NCBI GenBank assembly: GCA_965218695.1
Contig: OZ244651.1
Coordinates: forward strand, 384,001 to 448,000
Length of the DNA stretch: 64,000 nucleotides
Source: Nitrosopumilus sp.
GTDB lineage: Archaea; Thermoproteota; Nitrososphaeria; Nitrososphaerales; Nitrosopumilaceae
Reading direction: 5' to 3'
Within the stretch, counting starts at the first letter, position 1. Each line of letters starts with the position of its first letter. Shown here piece after piece: positions 9,496 to 18,020 of the stretch. A program made the translations under genes and the position numbers. The notes under the pieces were generated by a model. It saw only the letters and a program-made list of their open reading frames with translations, was not told where the DNA came from and made no database searches.

Positions 9496-9595
9496 CTATC
9501 AGGGCTCGAAGCCCAGTAACACAGCAGCTCGGATCGCCCCATTCAACAACTAGGTCTTTGTGACCAGGTGAATTTAGGGGTCAGCCCGCCACAGG
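9470..9595 (-). ncRNA. Predicted bridge RNA (target- and donor-binding loops) of IS110 #1
   Basis: Closing stem 9470-9479/9584-9593. Loop 1 holds plus-strand CAACAAC (9544-9550) and GGTGAA (9567-9572), matching target TTCAC-CA-ACAAC. Loop 2 holds CATCTAT (9493-9499) and AACACA (9518-9523), matching donor junction TGTATT-CA-TCTAT. Confidence 0.85.
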
Positions 9596-9597
9596 TA

Positions 9598-10851
9598 TAC
9601 CAAAAGTGAAAAGTTGATGCGATTGTCACATATTTTACCACATCTAAAGTTATACCAATTTCACGTCCCACAGTCAATGAAGATCAAGACGATGTTGAAA
9701 AGATACGCCGCTGAGACAGACTGCGATACCAAGGACCGCATGATGCTGATCATCAGAGTCAAACGTGATGGAATAACCATGAGGGATTCTGCAAAATCCC
9801 TGGGAAAGTCAGCCTCGTGGGGCTACAAGTGGCACGAGCGCTACCTGGAAGTCGGATTTGACAGGCTGGGAAACATGCCGCGCTCCGGCAGGCCGACCAA
9901 GGCGAGCAAGGCAGACATGAAGAAGATCAGAAAGGCCGCATGCAGGAAACCTGTCTGGACTGGCATGGAGATGCAGCAATACATCCAACAGAAGACCGGA
10001 GTGAAGTACGAACTCGGATATGTGCGCCAGATACTGCGCGGGTGGGGCTATTCCCAAAAGGTTCCCGTAGGAAAACATGCAAGAAGGGCGCCTGACGAGG
10101 AGATCAGGAAATTCCAAAAAGAGATGCCAGAGCTTATAAAAAAAAGAACAGTGAAGGAACAGTCGTAGCGATACAGGACGAGTCCATAGTAATCTCCGAT
10201 GCGCGGCCGCGAAGACGCGGCTACACCAGGAAGGGAATACGGGCGTTTTTCACGTACACCGGCTCACACTCCAAGACGATAATCCATGGACTAATCACCA
10301 CGGACGGCAGGGGCATGTTCCGGCAGTACGATGCGTTTACCAAGGACACCTTTGAGGACTTTCTAAGGCAGGCGATGTACAGGTTCAAGAAGATCTGCCT
10401 GATCATGGACAAGGCCTCCCAGCACAGGGCATCAAACATACGCAAACTGCTTGATGGCACAGACGGCCTGGAGATAATCTTCCTGCCAACTGCGACCCCG
10501 GACCTGAGCGCCATAGAGACGTACTGGAGGGATCTCAAACGGGCAGTGCTTGACGTGCCGTACACCAGCCTGAGCATGCTCCGCGAGGCGATCACCAGGT
10601 ACGCGAGGTACAAAAAACCAAATCTGGTAGTCGAGAATTTTCTGTACAGGGCCATCTAGAACGACATCAAACCACACCGGATCCACGCCGCCTAGCGTGT
10701 GCCATGCACGGCGCATCAGAGCATGCAATGTCTAATGTTCGGGGCGTCTTTTCTCGTCATTTGGGAATTCAACGCACCTCGTAATTTCCAGAGATGGATG
10801 TCGCATCAAAAATTTATGAGCGATTTTGATATGAATTTTTCATTGCTGGTA
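9598..10851 (+). mobile_element. IS630-family element (type C, 1254 bp) inserted in the IS110 left end
   Basis: TIRs TACCAAAAGTGAAAAGTT / AATTTTTCATTGCTGGTA; TA TSD 9596-9597 and 10852-10853; apparently identical copy at 61586-62839. Confidence 0.95.
9677..10659 (+). CDS. IS630 transposase in two frames joined by a probable programmed -1 frameshift
   Basis: orfA (HTH, RSGRP) and -1 frame (IQDES, MDKASQH, PDLSAIETYW) overlap at A8G 10138-10146; same in the second copy. Confidence 0.85.
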
Positions 10852-11771
10852 TAGTGGGTGGGTGGGGTTATCATGTATTCAACAACACCAACGTGTACGC
10901 CAACAAAAACGGGGTGATAATCGGCATATCCAAGAGCACCGTCGGGTCAGTCGGCGACATCACGCTTCTCAAGGAACGCCCCATGCCGTTTGGAAGATGG
11001 GAGGAGGCGATGCACGACCCGGATCTGCCCGAGGCACAACGGTGCCACGTCTTTGTCGACCGCGGCTACCAGGGGATCGAAAAACACCTGCCCGGCACGA
11101 CCCCGGAGATCCCGTACAAGAAGAGCAAGAAGGCGCCCCTGACGCCGGAGCAAAGGGAGCACAACCACAGGATCCACTCCGAGCGCGTGCTAGTCGAGCA
11201 CACCATAGGCAGGCTCAAGCGCTACGCGCGTCTTTCCGACCCGTACGACGGAACCGCGGCGCAGTTCAACCGGGAGTTCAACGTGATCACAGGGCTGGTG
11301 AACCTGGACCTTTTGTGGGACTACGTGCAAAAGGGCCCGCCGCCACCGGGCCGGTGGAGGATGCAGGTAGACTGGGACAAAGCCTGCTCCCGGGAACCTG
11401 TCAAGTAGAATTCAGGGCACATCGAGGTGCTACAGGACTGCGCACGCCATCTTGGATTTTGTAATAAATTAATTCGCCACGCACTCGGCATAGTTGGCAT
11501 TTAGTCGTATTTTTCTGATTTTATGGCCCAAACCGGCAAGATGGGAGGGATTACTCATGAGTTCTATTAGAATTTACCAGAATCGAAGCCATCCGGGCGC
11601 GCGTCGGCCTCTCGCTCCATGGCACGATGCACGGGCGCTGGTTATTAATTGACATTTAATCAGATTTAAAATACCGATCAGCTACTTTTGTAGATTAAAT
11701 CATTCGGAAAGATCATCGGACCGCATAATGACGGATTGTCTGTTCTATTCGAGAGTATTTTGTATCAGACT

Positions 11772-13063
11772 CAGTCTTCCCAGAAGTAGCTCAGGGTAGC
11801 ACCGGCGGCGGGGGCTCCGGCGGCTCTTTGTAGCCAAATACGATCAGCAACAGCAGCATGTCCCTGAGATCCTGTTGGGTGATCGGGGGATCCGTGGGAT
11901 AAATCCCGGTAACGTGCATCAGCGTTGCGTTTGCCATTACCCAAGCGTTAAAGACGGCTACAGAGTACACAAAGCACAAAAGTCGCGCCATCGGGTTCTT
12001 GCTGTGCGTCTTGGCCCTTGTGTTTTCTATCATCCGGTATCCAGTCTCTATGCCCCACCTGTTCCCGTACGAGTCCGGATCCACGTCGGGGACGTTGGTG
12101 GCAAACCCGATGTATTTCTCGTGCGGCAGCAGCTCGTCGTCGTCCTTTCTTTTCTTCCTCTTCTTCCTTTCTGTGATGGTCATCGTATACGACACCTCCC
12201 TGCCATCTCCCCCGACGATGACGGATTTGGAGACGCGGCCGCGCCTGCCTGTAGCAAACTCTGCGATGGCATCCACCACAGTATCCGTATTCTTGCATGG
12301 TATCAGATATTTGATGCCCATGTCCCCAAGCGTCCCCATTACGTCTGCCGTAAAGAACTCCCTGTCCAGCATCGCCATTCCGATGCAGGCCCCCACGTCC
12401 CGTGCAGAGCCGATGATTTTACGCACGAAATCGGCAGTATCCTCAAGTGACGGCATGTTCAGGACGCCTAACACGAGGCGAAGGTTCTGAACCGTGGACT
12501 GTATCGTGATGTACCTCTCAAAGACGTGTGTCCCGTCCTTGGCCTTTGAGCGCACCAGTTCTGCCCCGTAGCTCTTGTCGTATCTGGGTATCAGGTGCAT
12601 GTCGATTGCCAAGTCAATCTCCTGGTCTTTCTTGAGCAGTCTCATCTTGCGCATCTGGTCAAGCTGCAGGACGACTGTCTTGGCAAAGCATTTGTAGACG
12701 TCGCTGCCACGCGTCCGGGATGCCGCATCGCGCATCCACTCATCACTTGGGCGTGAGTCCCCGTCTGCACCGCCGATTCTCTTGGAGGACCTGGTGCATC
12801 CGGCCACCTGCCTGCCGTGCGCACATGCGCCTGCCATGCTTCTGTGAAAATCCTCGGTGCCGTAGATGGCATTGTGCCTGTGTGAGACCATGATGCACGG
12901 GGACATGCCTGCCCCTACCGTGTCCAGAACATCTTGATATATGCGTGGGTTGTTAAGCAAGTCGCGTCTCAGTTGGTTCATTGGTAGTTCGATGACCTTC
13001 TGAGATTGCCCTAATTGATCTGTTTTGATTTTGGGCTGTTTTCAGGTACTTCTGGGAAGACTG
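11772..13063 (-). mobile_element. ISH3-like (IS4-related) insertion sequence
   Basis: Perfect 17-bp TIR CAGTCTTCCCAGAAGTA; 5-bp TSD AGACT (11767-11771, 13064-13068). Confidence 0.9.
11791..12981 (-). CDS. ISH3-like DDE transposase
   Basis: AIDMHLIPRY, MLDREFF, YGNRWGIETGYR (YREK-like). Confidence 0.9.
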   Translation of the reverse strand: MNQLRRDLLNNPRIYQDVLDTVGAGMSPCIMVSHRHNAIYGTEDFHRSMAGACAHGRQVAGCTRSSKRIGGADGDSRPSDEWMRDAASRTRGSDVYKCFAKTVVLQLDQMRKMRLLKKDQEIDLAIDMHLIPRYDKSYGAELVRSKAKDGTHVFERYITIQSTVQNLRLVLGVLNMPSLEDTADFVRKIIGSARDVGACIGMAMLDREFFTADVMGTLGDMGIKYLIPCKNTDTVVDAIAEFATGRRGRVSKSVIVGGDGREVSYTMTITERKKRKKRKDDDELLPHEKYIGFATNVPDVDPDSYGNRWGIETGYRMIENTRAKTHSKNPMARLLCFVYSVAVFNAWVMANATLMHVTGIYPTDPPITQQDLRDMLLLLIVFGYKEPPEPPPPVLP

Positions 13064-13122
13064 AGACTTGGCAAGGCACTTAATCTCATCCCAGTTGATT
13101 TTTGGCCCACAACGCATTGCTA

Positions 13123-14210
13123 TAGTGTCAATCAAAAGTCTTCTACGTCAGTCTGAGCGTAACATTTTTTGATCACTCCGCACTACCGCCCACATGGATG
13201 AAAAAAGCAAAAAGCTGTTAATCCAGGCCTACAAGAGAGAGAAGAGGGGAACCATAAAGGGTAGGATCCACGCCGTCTGCATGGTCAAGATCAGGGGGCT
13301 GGGCGTATCCGAGGTGGCATCACTGTGCTTTTGCGACCCGCACACTGTCACAAGCTGGGTCCGGCACTTTGAAAGCGAGGGTCTTGCAGGCCTGGAAGAC
13401 AGGCCCCGCCCGGGCAGGCCGCCCAAGGTCGGGCTTGAGAAGATTGCGGGGCTTGCAGCAAGGACTGGCAGCATCACAACTCCAAAGCAGCTCAAAGAAA
13501 ACATACGCAAAGAATTCAAGGTGACATACCACATTTCAAACGTCACAAAGATAATGCACAGGCTTGGCCTGTCTGCCAAGACGGTCCAGCGCATCCACGT
13601 CAACAGGCCAGGGATCAAAAAGATCAGGCAGTGGCAGCGCAACGCCAAAAGGCGGATTTCACGCCTGCAAGAGAAGGGTTTTCTCCCAGTCGTCTTTGAC
13701 GAGGCCATATTTGTAGACGATCCGGCATCGGGCGTAAAGTATTGGTCGCCAGAAGGCGAGCCGATTGTCACGACATACAAGGGACGGCACGGAAAGGTGG
13801 TGGCATACGGTTCCATTGTAACAGACGGCAGGCAGTTCTTCAGGACGCATGAAAAATTTGACAAGGAGACGGTCCTGCAGTATCTCAAGGATCTGGTCAG
13901 GCATTTTGGAAAGGTGGTCGTAATCATGGATAATGCGCCACAACACAAGTCAAGGATCGTGATGAAATTTCTAAAGGAAAATCCCGACATCAAGGTCATG
14001 TGGCTTCCAGCTGCAACGCCCGAGCTTAGCGGCGTGGAGGAGTACTGGCACCAGGCAAAACGTAACGTGCTGGTGTCCGAGTACTATGCCACGATAGTGC
14101 AGATGCGCAACGCGATGTCGGAGTATTTCAGGACCGCGCGTCCAAGGATTGACGTAATGGAGTTCATCTGTAGAAAGTCCCTAAATGTAAAAAACTTTTG
14201 ATCGACACTA
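13123..14210 (+). mobile_element. IS630-family insertion sequence (type B)
   Basis: TIRs TAGTGTCAATCAAAAGT / ACTTTTGATCGACACTA; TA TSD 13121-13122 and 14211-14212; CTAG target. Confidence 0.95.
13194..14201 (+). CDS. IS630-family transposase
   Basis: RPGRPPK, FDEA, MDNAPQH, PELSGVEEYW; clear paralog of 1637-2650. Confidence 0.95.
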   Translation: MDEKSKKLLIQAYKREKRGTIKGRIHAVCMVKIRGLGVSEVASLCFCDPHTVTSWVRHFESEGLAGLEDRPRPGRPPKVGLEKIAGLAARTGSITTPKQLKENIRKEFKVTYHISNVTKIMHRLGLSAKTVQRIHVNRPGIKKIRQWQRNAKRRISRLQEKGFLPVVFDEAIFVDDPASGVKYWSPEGEPIVTTYKGRHGKVVAYGSIVTDGRQFFRTHEKFDKETVLQYLKDLVRHFGKVVVIMDNAPQHKSRIVMKFLKENPDIKVMWLPAATPELSGVEEYWHQAKRNVLVSEYYATIVQMRNAMSEYFRTARPRIDVMEFICRKSLNVKNF

Positions 14211-14595
14211 TAGTCTTTGCAGGTCTTCAATGCCTTGGTCACGTCCCGCCCTAAACTTTGCAACAACCAATCCTTCCAAAGAGATGGCATTAACGGTAGT
14301 CCCCTTTTTGTCTACCGGAATTACCGCTGCCGTCTTTATAATGTGCTTCAGCGGAATGCCATTCAAGTCTCGCCTATCATATACATCAATCTTTTATCCC
14401 CCTGTGTGATTTTTTATCTTTTCGCTGGTCGATTGTGTATCCCTTGTCCAAAAACTCGGCGTTTGTTATTTGTTCGGCAACGACAAAATTCCGATCCAGG
14501 GATTGCCGCTGCTCACCGGCATGCAGCATGACTGCAACTGTCCCGACAAACGTGGCAGTTCCAAAATCTTGGTAAATGTATATGGTTTCTTTAAT

Positions 14596-16079
14596 AGAAG
14601 ATATGCGTAATCCGGAACTTTTTCAAACTCCGCGCTGACATGTTAGCCCTGCTGTCAAAAATTTATGATCCATCCAATTAAAACCAGAATATGCCGGTTC
14701 ATACTGTTGTCGAATCAGGAAACAAGTGACCTGCAAAAAGAGAACAAGACTCTCAGAGACATGATCAAGCGCCAGGACGCAGCTGCCAGGCACGAGCAAA
14801 GCCTGTGGGGTACGCGAGACGGCTCCGAGTCTGGAGCCGCAGGGGAGCCCGCCCTGCTGCATCGCGTGGAGGTCTTTGATGAGATCATCAGAGTCGAGAA
14901 AAATCTTCATGACGCGACGCTGAAGTGCAGGGAACAGTTCCAATACATGCTTGACAGGGCCGAGGCATGGATAAGGCAAAGCGGCAAATCCCCGCTCTTC
15001 AGGAACGACGAGACGAGGGCGTCGGATCCCGGGAACCGCTGCAAGCTGTACCCAAGGCACGCGCTGCTCATGGCGCTGATGTACAAAAAGGGCAACCCCA
15101 CGCAGGGCGCGCTTGCGGCATTCTTTGGAATAGACCAGGCAACCGTGTCCCGGTATATCGATGTGCTAGACGGGGTGCTTGAGGCGGCGCTGCCCACTGC
15201 TGCCAACATATCAAAGGAGATAGCAGGCACGGAGACAAAAGAGGATCTCAAAAAAATAATTTCCGGGCCGGACGGGGGCATCATGATGATCGACGGCACG
15301 CACTGCCCCATACAGAGGCCGGACGAAAAACAGATGAGGAGCATGATGTATTCTGGCAAGAAGAAGAAATTCACGCTCAACACCACCGTGTGCATAAACG
15401 AAAACGGGGTGATAGTCGCCATATCCGGCAGCACCGTGGGATCCGTCCACGACATCACGCTGCTCAGGGAGAGCCCGCTGCCATTTGGAAAATGGTGGGA
15501 CCGCATGTGCGACGAGAACACCCCCGAAGAGGACAGGATCCACACCCTTACTGACCGCGGCTACAAGGGAATCGCAAAGGATCTGCCCGGAACAAACACC
15601 CTGCAGCCGCACAAGAAGACCAAAAACCACAAGCGCTTTACAAAGGAGGAAAAGGAGCACAACCACGCCATCAACTCGGCCAGGGTAAAGGTAGAGCACT
15701 CCATCGGCAGGCTGAAGCGGTACGGCCGGCTTACCGCGCCATACAAGGGAAAGATTGGCGACTTTAACAGGGAATTTAACATAATAACCGGACTCGTAAA
15801 CCTGGACCTCCTGTGGAACCAGATGAAGAAAGGACCTCCTTCAGGTAGCACGCTGGGGCCGGTAATAAACTGGGAAGAGGCAAACGTCCCCGGCAGCGCC
15901 GTTTCAAACAATTAATTCCGTGCACATCGTGGTGCTGCAAGGTTGCGCACGTTATTTTGTATTTCTGGCAGGACAGGATCCCCACATGGCTAACATGGCG
16001 ATAATTAAATTAGAATTTTTAATATTTTCTGGTTTTTCTGGTTTAACCCAACGAAATGGAGGGATTACGCATGGCTTCT
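14596..16079 (+). mobile_element. IS5-family (ISL2/Harbinger-like) element, intact
   Basis: TIRs AGAAGATATGCGTAATCC / GGATTACGCATGGCTTCT; 3-bp TSD AAT (14593-14595, 16080-16082). Confidence 0.9.
14665..15915 (+). CDS. ISL2-like DDE transposase
   Basis: HTH (FFGIDQATVSRY), IDGTHCPIQRP, YSGKKK, GSVHD, TDRGYKG, RVKVEHSIGRLK. Confidence 0.92.
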   Translation: MIHPIKTRICRFILLSNQETSDLQKENKTLRDMIKRQDAAARHEQSLWGTRDGSESGAAGEPALLHRVEVFDEIIRVEKNLHDATLKCREQFQYMLDRAEAWIRQSGKSPLFRNDETRASDPGNRCKLYPRHALLMALMYKKGNPTQGALAAFFGIDQATVSRYIDVLDGVLEAALPTAANISKEIAGTETKEDLKKIISGPDGGIMMIDGTHCPIQRPDEKQMRSMMYSGKKKKFTLNTTVCINENGVIVAISGSTVGSVHDITLLRESPLPFGKWWDRMCDENTPEEDRIHTLTDRGYKGIAKDLPGTNTLQPHKKTKNHKRFTKEEKEHNHAINSARVKVEHSIGRLKRYGRLTAPYKGKIGDFNREFNIITGLVNLDLLWNQMKKGPPSGSTLGPVINWEEANVPGSAVSNN

Positions 16080-16204
16080 AATGAATGGATTCATTTGGCA
16101 GCATGGCAGCAGCGTCATTGTATCCAGTCTAGTCCTGTCTAAGAACCCCGATCCCATGACCCATCTAATGGACCAGGTAATTCCAAGCGTGCCGCCTGTT
16201 TTTG

Positions 16205-16825
16205 TCATTGGTTTAAGGAAAATAACATGTCCACTCCAAAATAAACCAGCGTCAGGCTCAGCCCGAACACAATCATCTTCAAGCTTCGGCTTGAAAGTAT
16301 CTTTGCCCCTCTCGATGCAAGATGTGCGACAATACCCAGCCAGGCAAAATCCATCCAAATGTGTAGCGCAAACAAAACCAGCATGCCGCCAAATGCCCAG
16401 ATTAATAATGCATCCGAAATTAGCTTAAACCCGATAGTAATCCACCAGATTATAAAAAATGGGTTTAGTCCGCTAAGGGCCATTCCTGTAATCAGGGGGC
16501 TCCTCCTTGACTCCGTGACGAAATTTCCGCCGTTCCCAAACAATGCCCTGATCTGCATGCCTGCAAACACAAAAAGGAAGACTGCCCCCAGAATCGAAAT
16601 TACTACCCTGTACTCTGAAAATGACTCAAGCGAGACTGCCCCGATACCCAGTATTATGACTATGGGAAATTCAACAATCGCATGTCCGACTGCCATCTTG
16701 AGGCCTGCCCTCGTGCCTCCCTTTAGTCCGTATGAGATGTTTGCCACAAAGAGTGGTCCAGGTGCCATCACGCCTGATGCTGAAACCACCACTACCAGCA
16801 CTACAAACTCTAGAACCTGGGTCAT
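16205..16825 (-). CDS. LysE-family transporter
   Basis: SGVMAPGPLF, VGHAIVE, LNPFFIIWW; multi-TM. Confidence 0.9.
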   Translation of the reverse strand: MTQVLEFVVLVVVVSASGVMAPGPLFVANISYGLKGGTRAGLKMAVGHAIVEFPIVIILGIGAVSLESFSEYRVVISILGAVFLFVFAGMQIRALFGNGGNFVTESRRSPLITGMALSGLNPFFIIWWITIGFKLISDALLIWAFGGMLVLFALHIWMDFAWLGIVAHLASRGAKILSSRSLKMIVFGLSLTLVYFGVDMLFSLNQ

Positions 16826-16876
16826 TATTCCCTGAAATAAGTAATCAAGAGAAATTCCGCCTTGGCCAAACCGTAT

Positions 16877-17821
16877 CTACTTCAGCCTTGCAGCCAGTGC
16901 AGCATAGATGAACGGTAGTATCGTTGTTGCCTCTGCGTGGAGCGTAGTCTGTTTTGCTTCCTGCGTCACTTTTCCCCAGGATATTGCCTCCTTGACGAGT
17001 GCCCCGCTGAGGCTTCCGTCAAACTCCTGTGCCGTTGTTATGTAGAATGCATAATCAAGTCCGTCCCTGTACTGATTCCACCACATCGTATGGTGTTTTG
17101 ATAGTCCCCCTCCAATCATGAACGCCCCCGATTTTTCCGCCTTAAAGACCAGTCCTGAAAGAAGATTCGCATCCCCTATCATGTCTATCTTGAAGTCGTT
17201 ATGCTTCTGTGTGAACAGCCATATCTGGCTCCCGACTGCCCCGTCCATAATTCCGGGCACTACCACGCTGACATTGTTTTTGTATGCCCAATAAAGAAAA
17301 GAGTCCTCTGCCATATGACTTCCAATCATTTTGCATATCTGTGCCGTAGTCATCTCCCTTGTCCCGTTTTGATACTCCTCCTCCAGAAATGCCTGCATCC
17401 TCTCTTCTATGATCGGGCCGTAGCTGCTCATGGGCACCAGTATGTTTCCCAACCTGTGAATCTCCTGCTCTGCCAGTTCCCCGTCGTCCATTGTAAACGA
17501 GCCTTCCTTGTAGTGTGAAAAATGCCTTGCAATGTCATGATCCAGTGCCCCGCAGGTTGTCACCACCACGTCAAACCATCCGTTTTTTATCATGTCCCTG
17601 ATGATTCCCCTCAGGCCAGTCGATACCACTGCCCCAATAAACGAGAGAAACTTGAGACAGTTCTCCTGCGGGATCATCTCTCCGAGAATCTCCAGCCCGT
17701 CTGACAGATTTACCGATTCAAATCCCCCGGACTGGGAGAGCTCCTCAAATATTTTTAATATCGGAGTATCTGAATTAATCTCAATATCCTTGACTGGTCG
17801 GCCTGGCTCTATCATGCCCAT
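16877..17821 (-). CDS. dys: Deoxyhypusine synthase
   Basis: STGLRG, IGGGLSKHH, FDGSLSGA, EAISWGK (catalytic Lys). Confidence 0.95.
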   Translation of the reverse strand: MGMIEPGRPVKDIEINSDTPILKIFEELSQSGGFESVNLSDGLEILGEMIPQENCLKFLSFIGAVVSTGLRGIIRDMIKNGWFDVVVTTCGALDHDIARHFSHYKEGSFTMDDGELAEQEIHRLGNILVPMSSYGPIIEERMQAFLEEEYQNGTREMTTAQICKMIGSHMAEDSFLYWAYKNNVSVVVPGIMDGAVGSQIWLFTQKHNDFKIDMIGDANLLSGLVFKAEKSGAFMIGGGLSKHHTMWWNQYRDGLDYAFYITTAQEFDGSLSGALVKEAISWGKVTQEAKQTTLHAEATTILPFIYAALAARLK

Positions 17822-18020
17822 ATTCGTTGGCGCCGTGTATAAAACTCTGCCTTGACTGCTAGAGACGGGACTCCAAGCCTGTGTTCGATTACACAACTCG
17901 GGGGGGGGGGGAAGGGATCGCAGGCACGACACATCTTATTCTTCGATGCGCCTGGACACAATGAACAGTCAGCCACCCGAGTCAAAAGCTTTAAACCCGT
18001 CTGTCAGCACATCCATTCGA

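Larger units (their letters stand above)
8097..10881 (-). mobile_element. IS110/IS1111-family element #1 (contains an IS630 insert)
   Basis: Core CA at 8095-8096 and 10880-10881. Subterminal IRs ATGTTAACCC (3 nt inside) and GGGTTATCAT (5 nt + core). Confidence 0.9.
7334..11408 (+). pseudogene. Split ISL2-like DDE transposase (7334-8096 + 10882-11408)
   Basis: Rejoined sequence YSGKKKKFT|NNTNVYANKNG aligns with YSGKKKKFTLNTTVCINENG of the intact paralog at 14665; motifs DGTHCP, VDRGYQG, RVLVEHTIGRLK. Confidence 0.9.
7216..11565 (+). mobile_element. IS5-family (ISL2/Harbinger-like) element interrupted by IS110 and IS630
   Basis: TIRs AGATCATATGAGTAATC / GATTACTCATGAGTTCT; 3-bp TSD ATT (7213-7215, 11566-11568); about 1565 bp once the inserts are removed. 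Confidence 0.85.
11713..16094 (-). pseudogene. Nucleotidyltransferase-fold protein (about 168 aa, AbiEii/DUF6036-like) split by three IS elements plus one frameshift
   Basis: Removing 14596-16079, 13123-14210 and 11772-13063 with one TSD each gives MNPFIKETIYIYQDFGTATFVGTVAVMLHAGEQRQSLDRNF...KIDVY...SLEGLVVAKFRAGRDQGIEDLQRLAMRCGPKINWDEIKCLAKSDTKYSRIEQTIRHYAVR*. Confidence 0.8.

Noticed and set aside
17850-17975. tRNA gene suggested by GTTCGA
   Set aside because: No cloverleaf or acceptor stem can be built.
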